Source: Tricharina praecox (lineage: Eukaryota). From it: DNA of 64,000 nt. This document shows, in pieces, positions 12,567 to 26,753 of this stretch; the first letter of the stretch is position 1, and each line of letters begins with the position of its first letter. A program made the position numbers and the translations under genes. The stretch lies in NCBI RefSeq assembly GCF_024521635.1, contig NW_026250430.1:248001-312000 (forward strand), written 5' to 3'. Below the pieces are notes generated by a model. That model was not told where the DNA came from. It saw only the letters and a program-made list of their open reading frames with translations, and ran no database searches.

Positions 12567-15500
12567 CCGAAGATCCGAATGGCGTCGTGCGTCGTGCGTG
12601 TGTCGTCGTTGTCGCAAGCAAGCAGGCAAGCAGGCAGGCAATCAAGCAAGCAGGGACCGCTATGACAGCAGCCCTCCCTGCCCCTGTTGTGCAAGGAAAC
12701 TGGTGGTTAGTGAATGGTGGTGGCGGCGGCGGCGTTGGTGGTTGTGGTGGTGGTTGTGGTGGTGATGTTTTCTTCGAGTGCCTTGTTCTGTATGGTAGGT
12801 AGATAGTCTTTCCCTTTCGATCAGCCCCGATCGTCTGGCTGGACCGACGGGAACCGCAGAGGGAGGATTGACTTTCCGCTGTCGGATGGATGTACTACGG
12901 TATAGCCAGTAGATACCTATGTACATACGATCGATTCTTTCATGTCCAGTACAGTACGGACGGAGAGATTGCAATTGATACCGTACCGTAGTCTCTGTAG
13001 GTAGAGCAATTGGAACGGATTTGATGGATGGTTGAGATTTCTTGTGCTTTGCTTCTTCACAAACTGGCCATCTTCTTTCTTCGCAGTTTCGAATGGGATG
13101 CGGGCATCATCATTTGAATCCTGCCCGCCTCAGCTCCTCAGCATCTTGCCCAGACAAAGCACAGGGCCCAAGGTGGGGACATCCGACATCTCTCCGTCCC
13201 ACCTCACCTCACCGCGCTCACGCTTGAGATTGATTACCGTATTTGACGCATCCCCGACGGCCCACAGGCAACGGGCGGCCAACGGGAGCGGTCATGACAA
13301 GATACATATGTACCTATATAGATACTTACCGTACATTGCATACTATACATACTACCAATGCTATATACACACAACATTGAACACGGTGCTTTGCTTGTAG
13401 GCCATTGACCATTGAATTGCCCCAGAGCAATGAGCAGAGCAATTAACACGGGCATCCAGCCCCACTGTGTCCAGCTCTAGCCCCACTGGCGCTTACCGTG
13501 CCGGAGGCGGGGCGGGGGGGAGGATGATACCGCACATCATATGGCCCAAGGGCTTTTTCACTTGTATTCATATCGTATCGTATCGCATTGCTTGCTTGGT
13601 TGCTTGGTTGGTTGCTTGCGCTTAAGCGGGCTGGGGGGCGGGGGGCGGGGGGCTAGAGTAGCGGGAGGGAGTGACACGTCCAACATTTCCATTTCCCATG
13701 CATCTGCTCCGCGGCGCAGGAAGGGAAGAGAAGCACGCTACACGCTACCTAACTAGTAGCTAGTAGGTAGGTAGAGTAGGTATCGCCTCGATGGGACGTG
13801 CGAAAGACGACCGATTAACTGACCGACCGACTGACAGACGGAATTTACGGATGAAGAACGGCCGCTGAACGGGATCCGCCCGCGAGCGAGGGCTGGTTTC
13901 CAGCTGTATCTACACTACGTACCAGGTATTTATCCTACGTCCTGGGGGGTGTTTGGGTGACTGTGTCTGGGGGGCAGGAGGGAACAAAACTGGCAAGTGC
14001 GAGTGCGAGTGCAAGAGCAGAAACAAGAACATCCTCGCCGCCCGGGGGCGCGAGTGTTTTGCAACATGACAGCGGGTTTGTTCTCCGTGTGAGAGATAGG
14101 TAGTGGGTGCTGTTTTGTGGGAGTGTGAGCTTGCGTGCGTTGCTTGGTGCTTGGTTTCTGCTTGCTTGCTTGCTTGCTGCGTGCGTCTGCTTGCTGCTCG
14201 GTACAAACATCCCACTCTGGGCCTGGCCAGCCTGGCTAGGCGCCTGCCGTTTCGTTTCTTCTTCGTCTTCTTCGTCTGTTCCTACTCTTCACGCACGCGA
14301 AACGCCCTGCAGGCTGGCCCCGCATACTAGGTATACTAGGTATACTAGGTATAGCAAGGGGTTCTTATAGGTACTACAGACCCGCGAGTGTCAAACATCA
14401 ATCCTCGTCAATGTTCAAACGAGGTTGTTGCAAGTCGCAGCGATACGACATGGGTTCCTCTATAGAGTAGTATTGCTCTATGAGATGGAGAGACTCGAGA
14501 GGGTGTGGAGGACACTATGCATGGGAGGTGAGTGGTGGGGAGGTGGGACGGGGGCAGAATGGAAAAGATGGAGAAGAATATTCGAAGAAGGTGAAGAAGA
14601 AGGTGAAGAAGAAGAGAAGAAGGGAAGAAGGGAAGGGAAGAGAAGGGAAGGGAAGGGAAGAGAAGGCAAGATCCATCCATCATCTATCGTTCATCTGTCC
14701 ATCCATATGGCTGGAAAGTGCCGAGAGAAGAGGAACGAATTACGGGATCGCAAAATCTATCCAGCCTCTAAGAAATTCACACTCTACATACTCTAGGTAC
14801 GGTAGACATGTACTCTAGGTACTCTACTCTATAGACACACACACCGCTTTACCGGGCTCTGCCCATCAGAGCAACATTTTCTGCGGTGATGCTCTCTCTC
14901 CACACTCCATCGGAGTTGCTCGATTGGAACCAATCCACCACCCACCGGGAAAGAAAAAAAAGGACCAAAGGGAGTACCTACATTTGTAAAACAATATGAT
15001 GCACGACAGAGAAGAAGCGTGCTGTGACACGGCGACAGAGAGTGTCCCGGACCGTGGCCGTGGTGACCTGCCTTCTTTGTCCGCCGCCGTGGTCGTGAGT
15101 TCGTGAATTCGTGAATTCGTGCCCCATGGGACATAATTGATGGATGGATGGATGGATGGATGGATGGGACGGTGGATGGATGGACGGATGGCTGGATGGC
15201 TGGATGGATGAACCGGATCGTCCATTACGAGACCAGCGAGCAAGTAGGCAGGCGATCGAAGTGCAGTTGAATTAGGGACCAATATGGCTCATGCCATGGC
15301 CCACGGACGGCCGGCGAGAGCGGACTTGCAGGTCGTCCTCATCGTCGTCGTTGTCGTCGTTGTCGGCGGCGGCGAGCGAGTTGGATCGACGGGGCATCTG
15401 GATAGTTACTCTTGAGACCGGACGTAGTGTAGATACAGACGGACCGACCGACCGACAGACACGCTCGACAGAGCTATGCAGGTCTGCACTCCACTATCAT

Positions 15501-16990
15501 AGTTGTAGACCCTTGAATGGAGTATGTACACTACTCACCTAGGTGTGTATGTATGTACACGATGGTTATGCCCGGCCCATAGTAAGATGGGATGGACGTA
15601 ACAATAGCTACTTAGCTAACCAGAGTAACTACCTACAGTAACTAACCGCAAGACTCCCGCTAGGACTGGATTGGATAAACTTCTTACGCCGTCCAAACGT
15701 GTTGCGGCCGTTGCTGCAAGTCCCATCCCCATCCATCCCTCCTTCTCAGGTTCCTTCTCCTAGAGGACTCCCCCGGCCCTTTGGATAGCTATCGGTATGT
15801 AGCGGGAGCTGTAACGCTGCTGCTGCTTACTGCTTGCCGGGAAGGGAAGGGGTGGTGGTGGTGGTGGTGGTGGTGGTGGTGGTGGGCGAGCTTCCCCTGG
15901 TAACTGACACAAGTTCCTCCCCGGAAACCACACATCCACCCCCCCGTGGCCCATAACCCACGGCCGGCCCATCCCCCCTCCCCCACGCCCCAACCAACAG
16001 CATCCCACCCCCCGTTACAGGTCTCGCAGCTAAAGGGCTAGGAGGGCGTGTACCAGCATCCGTCTTGCCTTAGTTCCTCAAGCATGGACAACGCAGTAAG
16101 TCGGGTTCGCAAAAAAGGCACAGGCTGGCTGGCTGGCCACGGCCACGGCTCTGAAAGCCTTCAAGCCCTGGGCGAGACTCAAGTGAATCCCCATTTACAC
16201 ATTTCTTTAAAGCGCCGTTCCCTTTCTTTCCTTTCGGGGTTTGCACTCGATAATCATCACTCCAGTCCGTGCGTATCGACCCATTCCATTTCGGCACTTT
16301 GTTCCCTTGTTCCAACGACCACGATTGAAAGCCGACAACAACTCAGTCAATTGCAGCTTCCTCCATTACTTTTTTTTTGATTATTTTCGATTTTATCTCA
16401 TTCGGAAGAAAGAAAGAAATAAACAAGGTCGTAGCCTGTGCCTGCTGTACCTGTGCCTGCCCTGCCTGCCCTGCGTGCCGGACAGCATCGAACCCATTCC
16501 AACAACCCGCTACTACGCACTACCAATACCAATCTACTACCCTCCACTACTACCACCGCTACCGCTGCTACCACTACTACCACCACCACACCACTCTACA
16601 TATACATACCCGCATCCCCATCTCAATCGTCCAGCCTACATACTACATACCTCTTCTCAAAGGCGAAGGAACAACAAAATCTACAGCAATACCAACATCC
16701 ACAACTACAACAACACTTACATATAAGACAACCCGCCCTGCTCTGCATACTCTCGCCTGTCTCCTGTATCTGTGTCTTATCTCTATTCACCTTCGACCAT
16801 CTGCCTCATCTCTTCTCTTCTCTTCTACATCTACTCCCGCATCTACTTCTTTCGTGCGACAACCCCGACTTGCCCATACAGTCGGACCGGACGGATACAA
16901 CTGCTGCCTCCTTCTCCAGTTTCCTCCTCTTGCCTACGCATAATTATTACACCTGCTCGGCTCTGTCGACTTTGAGCCACTTTGTTCACA

Positions 16991-18166
16991 ATGAGTTCGC
17001 CAACCACAACCACCGCGGCACTTTCGCCAGCCGCAGCTACCCCTACTCCTACACCTCCAGTATCCAAGGTACGCTGATTCCGCTTACCCCCCCCCCCCCC
17101 CCCCCACCTACCGAGAACGATGTACTGACGGGTCCAATTAGGGTCGGAAAGGTGCTGCAGCAGGAGGCGGAAAGGCCTGGACCGCGGAAGAGGTATGCCA
17201 CTATATTTCGCTCCTATACGTGGTCACGCACGAAAGGAATAAATTCGAGAGAACGACTTAACTGACTATCGATTCCTTTTAAATTAGGAAGTCTATCTGC
17301 TTCAGATGCGACTCGAGAGAGTGGCCTACAAGAAGATTGCCAGCCATCTGGACAAGACCGAGCTAGCCTGTCGGCTTCACTACCACCAGCTCTCACACGG
17401 CGGCAACCGGCGCAAGAGGAACAGCTCGGTCTCATCGACCTCATCAAACACACCTGCCGGCAGCCCGGCCACCAGCCCGTCAGCAGCATCGCCTCTCTCC
17501 ACAACAAAAATAACCACAACAACAACAAAGCCTTTCATCGCGTCAAGTTTCTCCCCCGTCAATGCCGCAGGCGCCATCCAAAAGTCGGGAACACCATGCA
17601 ATCCGCTCTCCAAGATCAAGGGCAAGCCTTTGCTTCCCAAGCCCGCGGATGCGGCCACCTCCGGTGCTGGCGCCATCTCGACACCGCGCCGACAGAACGC
17701 TAAGGGCGGAAAGCCGCTAAGGGTGCACTGCAACCCCGACAGCATCGACAAGGAGAAACTCAAGAGGCTGGTGAAGCAGAACGAGCCCAAGTTTTGGGAG
17801 TTGATCGCGGCACAGTACGGCGAGCCGATCGACGGGGAATACCTTCGCACCATCTGGACCAAGGGTTTCGGATCCGAGACGCCGCCGACCCCTGCCATTT
17901 CTCCCGCTAGCCAGGCCACTTCCCCGGTAGTCGAGATGAGCGGTATGGACGACGGCAACAGCCACACCGTGGCAACCGTCAGCGAAGTTTCCACGCCTTC
18001 GTCGGCGTCTCTCAGCCCGACCAACGTAGCCTTCAGCGCTTCCGAGGTGGCTTCCATACGGGAAGAGGAGACCATGGGTGATTTGATGGAGGAGTGCCAG
18101 GTGCAGAAGCAGCCACCGGCAATGGTGGGTATTGCCACGGTTGAAACCGTCCAGATGTCATCATGA
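16991..18166 (+). CDS. Myb/SANT-like transcription factor with S/T/P-rich tail, 3 exons (16991-17068, 17142-17192, 17288-18166)
   Basis: Spliced product MSSPTTT...VSK/GRKGAAAGGGKAWTAEE/EVYLLQMRLERVAYKKIASHLDKTELACRLHYHQLSHGGNRRKR resembles a conserved fungal single-Myb family. Donors GTACGC and GTATGC, TAG acceptors, phase 0. Confidence 0.85.
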
Positions 18167-21100
18167 AACGTGGACGAAACGGAAACCACGACAGGATGAG
18201 ACTATACTCCCAACAACAACGCAACTACCACCACCTCACCGTACCTCGCCTCGCCCATGACCTCAACTGATTTACGATAAACCCTTACTGTTACGCGTTA
18301 TTCCTTTTTGGTTAACCCCCCTTAATCTTATCCGATATAAGGCACGATTTTATGACGGACAACAACCTTTTTTTTTCACAAAAGAGGAGACGGAGTTTCG
18401 GTTCTTTTTTCTTTCCTTTCTTTTTTCTTTACGTTTCGATCTTTTTTTCTTGCTTTCCACCGCAAGTGCTTTTTCCATTCTGCCATCTTTTTGCTTTCTT
18501 TTTCGCGTTGTGTTTTTCCTGCGTTGCTGTTCATTCAGTTTTCCCTGTTAGCTGTCTTGTTTGCTTGCTTTTACTGCGCTGCACATTGGGTTGGTTTTTA
18601 CGGGGAAACTTCATCATCATCATCATCATCACACCGCCATCATCATCATCATCATCATCACACCGCCATCATCATCATCGTCATCTAGTAGTTATTAGTA
18701 TTGGTTTTTTTGGCTTCGCTTTCTTTTTTCTTCTACTTTTTGCTTTGTATAGGTCGGTTCTTTTATGCATCGTCTTCTGGGGGTCGGCGCGGGTTATGTT
18801 ACGGGTTCATTGGCGCAAGGGAAAATGCTTGGGATATGTTACGGAGTGGGTGTGGCGCTACAACTTCCATCGACATCATCATTCTTTGGATTGTGGGGGG
18901 ATAGGGTTGGGATATCGGACGGGCCGGGATTGGGATTGAGGGGAAAGGAAGGGAATGGCTGCAGTATGCGCTGGATGCTGGATGGGATAATGGATGGGAT
19001 GAACTGGAGGAGGGTCGGTCAGTCGGGTCGGGTCAATCGGTGGGGGAAACGGGAGATGCAATGGATGGAAGATTCTTTTCTTTCTTTCTACATATCTCCC
19101 ACGCACGCCAACAGCGGGATTAGGATTGGATTACGGGATTGGGGATTGGGTTGCTTTTCTTTTTCTTTTTTTTTTCCTGTTCGATCTTGGTTCTCTCTGG
19201 ATCTGGGAAGGGGGAAGGGGTTTGGGATATTTTTAATTTCTATCACTGCTAGTTGCTAGTTGCTATGACCTAGTTTAGTTTACTTAACTTATCTAACACA
19301 TTACTTAAAGTACGCTAAATACCTTTCTACTGCCATGACCTTAATCTTTTCTTTGTTCCCGAGTGCGGTGATTGACTGGTTCGTTTGTTGGCTGGGTTGG
19401 CTCCGTGTGCACTGTGCACTGTGGAATCGACGATGCCTTTGCCTTTGCCCTTTATCCAGAACGAAACGTGAAGGGAAGGGGAACGGGGTGAATTGTGACG
19501 TTTGTGAATATCTACTCCGTACACTGTGTTTCCGATCCAGTTGTAGGTAGCTCCAGTTACAGCTCCAGTTACAGCTCCAGTAGCAGCTCCAGGCTCCAGT
19601 TTCAGTTCTAATATATAATGCACCTCGAGCATCGCCACGACCACAAGCCACCATCACGATCACGATCTGCAAACGTCTACTCTACCGTTTGAAAAGCTTT
19701 AAGCACAATGGACAATGGGATGAGTTTTTTTCTTTCCGCGGAGGGCCCACACAGCAACAATAATAGCAATAAGAACAACAAGAATAACAGTAACAATGAC
19801 AGCAGCAACAATACCAGCAGCAGTAGTAACAGCAACAACAGTAAGAGCAGTAACAACAACAAGGCCCTTCCTTGTATGTAAATGTATGTAAATGTATGAT
19901 ACGATCCGCTAGCTAGCTAGCTAGCCATGTATGTAGCGATGTATGTAAGTACCTTTGCACCGCACTCACTCCGGCCGGCTAGCTAGGTATGTAGTTAGTA
20001 GACAGGACAATCTGTCAATGCCGGAGGCCCGGAGCCGGGTGCATATGTCAACGTCAACGTCAACGTCAATGTCACTTCCACCTTCCCTTGCTCTTTCCCT
20101 TTCCCGAGGCCCATTGAGGCCATTGTGGCGGGAGGGATTGGGGGATTGGGGGCGTTTGTCCTCCGCCTAGTATCTACACTTCTAGGAGAGGAAGAGAAGG
20201 AGGCAGGGAGGGATGGGAGGGATGGCAGGGAGGGATGGAAGGGATGGCACGGGCCATGCCATACCATGCCATGCCATGTCCGTCACGTCAACGTCAAAGA
20301 CTGCCTTTTCCGTTTGTTCGGATTGTCGTGGCTCGAGCTTGAAGGATCGACTCTGGCTACGAGACAGGGAGGAGGGGGGGGGGGGGGGGCAAACGCAGGT
20401 TTGGGTCCGCTGGGTAGATAGAGTGATGGGCATGGATGGGGTGGGTAACGGCGTGGGTAACGGAGTAGGTAATGGAGTGGGAGTGGGAGTCACGATCACG
20501 ATTCACGGCGGAGGAGGAGCGCTGGATGTCTGGATGTCCGTGTGGCTCATTGGCTGGTTGGCTGGGTGGAACGATGGTTCACGATACTGACTCTTCCCTC
20601 ATCCCCATCCTCATCCTATGAACTCTGATGCCCTGCGTCCTGGCCCTGGACTCCTAGTCCTGGTCATGGTCGTGGTCATGGTCAAAGTTGGCCGCTACAT
20701 ACTACCCATTCCGTAGGAATTGAGTCTCTCCATCTCCCAGTCCCTCAATCACAGTCTCAGTCTCGCTCCCGAGTCCCTAAACATCACGACGGCCTGACCT
20801 CTAGACTCTCGCCTCTAGACTCTCGCCTCTCGCCTGAGCGACGAACCAGCTTTCGTTCGGACGAACCCCACCATACGATCAACCACCGCCGCCGCCGCCA
20901 CCACAAACCTCGTACAAACGCTCCGTCAGCTTTCTCCGTTCACTGGTCGCCTCGCGCGCTCCATATCCGACGACCACTGCCGCCCCTTCCCCGGTGGATG
21001 TATGGTTGGCTGGATGCTTGGATGGTGGATAGTGGATGAATGAAGGATTGGATGGTTGGTGGATGGATGGATGGATGGGTGGATGGGATCTCCTGCCCTT

Positions 21101-23842
21101 ACCCCCCTGCTCCTGTATGTCGAGACCGCCGAACAATCGAAGAATCGAAGAATCGAAGGAAGCAGTGAAAACCTTCTCGAAGCCCCGGGCCGAGCCGGTA
21201 GATTGTGTGTGGGAGAATGGGTGTGTGAGGGTTGTGGGTGTGGCAGAGAATGGGTGTGGGAGCGAATGGGTGTGGTAAAAGTGGGTGTGTGTGGATGAAT
21301 AGAGCCTGGATGGTGGGGCGGAGCCTGTTGAGGTGGGGGAGAGCGAGGGAAAAAAAAGTCATACAGTGACAGTGATAGGTCGAAACAACTGCCGCCGCCG
21401 CGGGATACATACAATACAATACATACGACCGGGAAAACAACTACCGTCCAAACCAATGGAAACACTCACACTCACACTCACTTTTCACTTTTCACTTTAC
21501 CTTCGCCCCCTCCCTCCCCCACATCCGGACAATGTGATGTGCCTTGCGTGACGGCAGACTCTGGAGAAGGTTAAACGGCGGTAGGTACTCCAGCCCAAAC
21601 CCAAGCCCAGAAGCGGCAGTCCGTCCCATCATGTCCCGTACATACCGTTCATACCGCACCGTACCGTAGACGCAGACGCAGCTGTACGGCCACGTTGGAT
21701 GCCTCTCCCCCCTCCCCCACCACTAGCACCCCCCTCCCCTCCACCCCCCGAGGAACCCTGAGCTTCGGACCGCTAGTTGCGGTATAGATACCCCTACATA
21801 CGTACATTACCTTACCTTACCTGGTAGATCAGATCGGCCATTAGCTACCTACAGACAGAGCAGAGAGGGTAGATATTGGATCTACTCTACCGCTCTAGTT
21901 GTGCTATAGTTTTACGGTAGTGGCCACGGACTGTGCGCCTGTGTGCAGTGACAGCTGACCGCACATGGCATGCGAGCGGATTGTGTGGAATTGGAAGTGG
22001 CAGCTGTTGCCGGTGGTTCAGTGGGGGGTACGTACCCTTCTCGAGTCTGTGGCTGCATGTATGGATGTATGTGCGGTGGAGTATCGACCTGTGCAGATGT
22101 TGGACTTGGAGAGTGTATGGTACTGTGGTTATGTATAGACGGCAGGGCTATACTATAGCTAATAGCTAATAGCTATAGGCACGCCAGTTACGGTACTAAT
22201 TACTACTAGTAATTAGAGTAGTTACAATTGCTCTAGATATTGTCCATAGTCTAACCCAGTACACGAAACACTGCTCTACTAACTACTACTAGTATCAAGA
22301 GCATGTACGACGTACGTGCTGGCCCAAGAATGTATGTAGATCCAGAGCATGGAACATACATAACTCACACCTGCTCTGCTCTGCTCAACTCTATGTATAG
22401 GTATACCACCGTGTGTTATGTATGCGAGCAGCAAGCGGACTCCGGGGCGATCACTGGATACCCACGTACTCTTAGCACTACGGTACCTATTCCAGATAAC
22501 TCGTGCGTATGATCTGTATGATCTGTATCGTATGTAGCTAAAGTACCGGTATCTACGTATCGATAGACAAGCACGAGTTAGTTATCCCCAGCCTTGCCAA
22601 CTCCCCTCCCCTCCCCCTTCCCGCCCCCTTCGAAGCCCCCCCGCCGTCTCCCCGCCTCCCCAAACAAAAAAACCAAGTATAAACCGTACTTGCCATGTCA
22701 CGACACAGCCCCTCCAAGTTCCAACCTGAACACCCGAGAGAGAGCCAGATGCACCTTATTCTAGAATACATAACCCACCGCCCCCCCCCCCGCCCCCCCC
22801 GCCCCCCCGCCGCCCCGCATACGCATGTGCTCTTCGCATCGACGCCCACCGATCAGGCAGCCCGCCGATGCGCGGCGGCGGGCTGGGAAACTCTATGTAT
22901 CTACTTTGCATCTTCAAGGTCTTGTCTGGCCCGGCCTAGCCTGGTTCGGGGCCAGGATTTTTTGTCGGTCGGTCTGGCTGACCTGGCAGGATGTCCCCCA
23001 CAGTGCGGATGGGGACTAGAGTACCTACCTGGAGTAGGTACTCTAATATGTAGACGTAGAGTACGGTATGTACTCGATCGCGACCCGGGACCGGATACCA
23101 CAGTTACTACTATATAGGTATTCCACCCTGGGTATGGGTATGTAGCGAGGAAACAACGCATCATCGTCGGTGGATACTCTACCTACGCAGAAACTCAGAC
23201 TCTCCGTCTCCGTGGTCTCCGATCCGAGGGTGTTTCGTTTCGGATAGCGATGCCGTTTCCATCCATCCACCTACCTCCATCCATACATCCAACTACCAAC
23301 CTATGTAACTATGCGCGCTTGCAGATTCCATCGCATGCGATGCGCGGGCCCTGCTCACCGATTTCCAGATCCATCCATCATCCATCATCCATCGCTCTTC
23401 CGGTCCATGAGAAACGAAAGAGGAACAGCAAAACCGTTCCTCACTCTACTCTACCGATGCCGGCAAAGCAAAACAAAACAAAAAACAAGTTCCTCGTTCG
23501 CTCATTCGCTCGTTCGAGGTGCAGTTCAGTGCCTCGTTCAAGCTGCCGGGGGGCGGGGGAGCGAAGGGAGCGTGCGGCCTGCGGCAACAGCGTGTGTGAA
23601 ACAAAAGGGTGGAACTTCTGTTCGAGGCTTTGAGTGTGAAAGGTGAAAGAAGAAAAAACATGCAAATGCAAAAACAAATCACATCACACATCACACATGG
23701 GCACACGCGCGCTGCAGGCGCATCACAAACAAAAACACAGCCCGGGGAGGAAACAATAACCACACTTACAACAAAAAACAAATATATAGAGAGACAGAAA
23801 GAGAGACATAAACAAAAATGGAGACAGAAAGAGACACAAAAA

Positions 23843-23981
23843 GAGACAGAAAGAGACAAAAACAAACAAAAACAGAAAACAGAAAAGAGACAGAAAGAGA
23901 CAAAAACAAACAAAAACAGAAAACAGAAAAGAGACAGAAAGAGACAAAAACAAACAAAAACAGAAAACAGAAAAGAGACAG
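23843..23981. repeat. 44-bp perfect tandem repeat x3 in an A/G/C-rich tract
   Basis: GAGACAGAAAGAGACAAAAACAAACAAAAACAGAAAACAGAAAA at 23843, 23887 and 23931. Confidence 0.9.
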
Positions 23982-26753
23982 AGACAAGAGAGACAAAAAA
24001 AGAAATCGTTTCGCGCCTGCCTTGCCATGCCTTGTTTGCCTTCATCCGCTTCGATCGGTGATCCCGCCCGTCGTAGTTGTGTATCGCGGCTCGCCCCCCG
24101 CCCCGCTGGTTCATCTCTAGCGACCAGAACGGACATCTTGTTGGAGCAGTAGTTCGTCCGGTATCGATATGGATAACCCACAGCCATATCTTTACATAGC
24201 AACATCATCATCACCGCCGCCACCATCATTGTCCCCACCATAACCACCGTCACCGCCGCCACCATCACCACCACCGCCGTCATCGTCCTCATCATCGATC
24301 ACCGTCACCATTGTCTCCGATCATCGTCACCCGTTCGCTCGTGTACCTTCCCTCGAAAGGCTGTCTGCCTGGCTGGCCGAGCCGAGTCGGTACTCTACGT
24401 AGAGTATGTACATAATGTTTCTACTGCATGCCCACGCTAACCATCCCACCTATGCATGCGCCGCTTGCACCGCTTACACCCCCCCCACTTCGGCAAGTTA
24501 CAATCCAGGTTGCAACTCCAGAAGGAAAGAAAAACAGTTGCGCCACAATGTTCACATAATGCGTATGCACACCTGCACTCCTTCAACGGTGCATGGCAGG
24601 AGAGTGAGAGGTCTGGGGAGAAACTCTGGGAACTCTGGGAACTCTGGGAAGGTAGATGCAGTGGCGCATGCAGGCGCTCGAACCCCCAAACATGTAGAGC
24701 CTGTAGAGTCTGTAGTTCTGTAGAATAGAGCCTGCTCTGAGAATCTTCTGCACTGAATCGCAGACTGCTATCCCAAACGATCCTATCCGGTCCCCGGCCT
24801 GGCCTGGCTGCTGCTCCAAACTACAGTTGTTCCTGCTGGGAAACAGGAAACAAAAATTTCTCTCTCTCTCTCCCAGAAAAAGAAAAAAATTCTTTTTTTC
24901 CTCCTTTTTTCCTTTTTTTTTTAAAAAAAAAGAGTTCAACACCGCCTCGGGATTGGCCTTGTCCTTGTCCTTGCCCGTCTGTGTGCCCGTCCTCCTGTCC
25001 GTCCATCTGTTCTGTCGGAGCCGGGCTCGCTCGCTTTCGTTGGCGGCAGCCATCCGACAGCCAGCCAAACCAAACCAGCCAAACCAAAAGCGGTTTCTAG
25101 CAACCAATGAAAAGCCGCCGAAACAGGTGTGCGTGCGTGCATGCCATGCTTGCTTTCTCTGCTTCCTCTCCCTGGTGTGTCTGTCGGTGTGTGTGTGGGA
25201 AAGAGCAAGACGCTCGGAGCGGAGAGAGACAGACAGAGAGAGCCAGAGACAGAAACAGACCGACAGAGAGCCCTCAAGGAGAGCCCCCAAGGAGAGCGCT
25301 CGCGGGCGTGGAAGAAGAAGAAAAAAAGAATTTAATCAATTCCGATTCCAATTCCACGAACGAAACTACCCCGACTACCCCCCCCCCCCCCAACTGCCCC
25401 GACTACACACACAACCCCAGCTGCAACCCCAACCCCAGCTACTGCCCCAGCTACACCCCGAATGCAACCCCAAATGCAACTGCTGCAACTGCAACTGCAA
25501 CTGCAATAGAATGTAGTCCTGTTGCGATTGCCTGTTCCCGCTGTGCGGTGAAGATGTGAACATGCGGGTCCAACTGGTGGGTAGATTCGCCCAGCCCAGA
25601 ACAACCCCAACCCACGCCGACCCAGCCAAACCAGCCAAACCCATCGACACGGAAGGAAAAAGGCTTGATGCTGGTGGTGGTGGAGGTGATACGACATCCC
25701 TCCTCCATCCATCCATCCATCCATTCCATCCATCGTCCCGTGGGGTCTGGAAGTCCAGAGTGGGTGTGTGGAGCGGGGGAGCAAGAGCCGTGTTGCTGCT
25801 CTTTCTTTCTTTCCCCGTGTGTGTGTGCTCGTTCTCTCTCTGTGTGTGTATGCGTGTGCACACGGTGTGTGTGGTGTGCCCAAACATTTCGTCTCTTCCC
25901 AGCCATCGCTTTGTTTCCCCTCCCCTCCCTTCCCCACCGCACCGCACCCCCCGCCGAACCCGAACACACACACACACCGCACCCCGGCCCACAGACAACT
26001 ACCATACCATACCCATACCCATACCATGCCAGCCATGCTTAGAGTCAGCAGCAGCAGCACCCAAGCACCGCCGGCGTGTATGTATTGTACACGTCAATAA
26101 TCCGCCAGCGCAATGTTTGCAGGCAGGCAGGCACGTAGGTACGGTAGGTAAGGTAGGATGTAGGTAAGGTAGGTAAGGTAGCCTCGAATTCCTCTGTGAC
26201 TTTTCGCTATGCCCGTGATGGGGTGGAGGGGGTGGTTCTCTCCTACCTTAGGTAGCTGTGCAGACCGACCGACCGACCGACGCCCGCACGCCCGCACGCC
26301 CGCCCCTGACCTGCACTGCACTGACGGACTGCACTGGACGGACTGCACTGGACTGAACTGACTTTGCATGAAAGGGCGCGCTGCCTGCCTGCCGACGATG
26401 CAAGATGGCCAGAAGAAGAAAAAAGTAAATGGGCAAAGTAAGTAGATCTCGCGTTCGATGAGCTAAGATCAAACTGCTGCTGCAACATCTCTCTAGAGAC
26501 TCTCTCTAAATTGTCTTGTCTTGTCTTGTCTTGTCTCGTAACTTGTGCACTGCACTGCAGACAAAATGTACCGAACAGAACAGAACAAAGACGAGACATG
26601 CCTCAGATGAAGAAGAAGAAGAAGAAAGAATTGGGAACCAAAAAGAAACCATACCATACCATACCGACAACTCTAGTAAGATGTAAGTACATACTGCTGC
26701 TGCTGCTGCTGCGTGGCAGTTGTATTCCGAATGGGTAGTCCATCTTTTTTCCT

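Noticed and set aside
16241..17265. Overlapping 161-275 aa ORFs upstream of the second Myb gene
   Set aside because: Low-complexity C/A-rich 5' region; the real CDS is the spliced model starting at 16991.
23446..24295. Long ORFs on both strands (K/Q/E/T-rich or F/C/L/V-rich)
   Set aside because: Translations of a stop-poor minisatellite; no coding signature.
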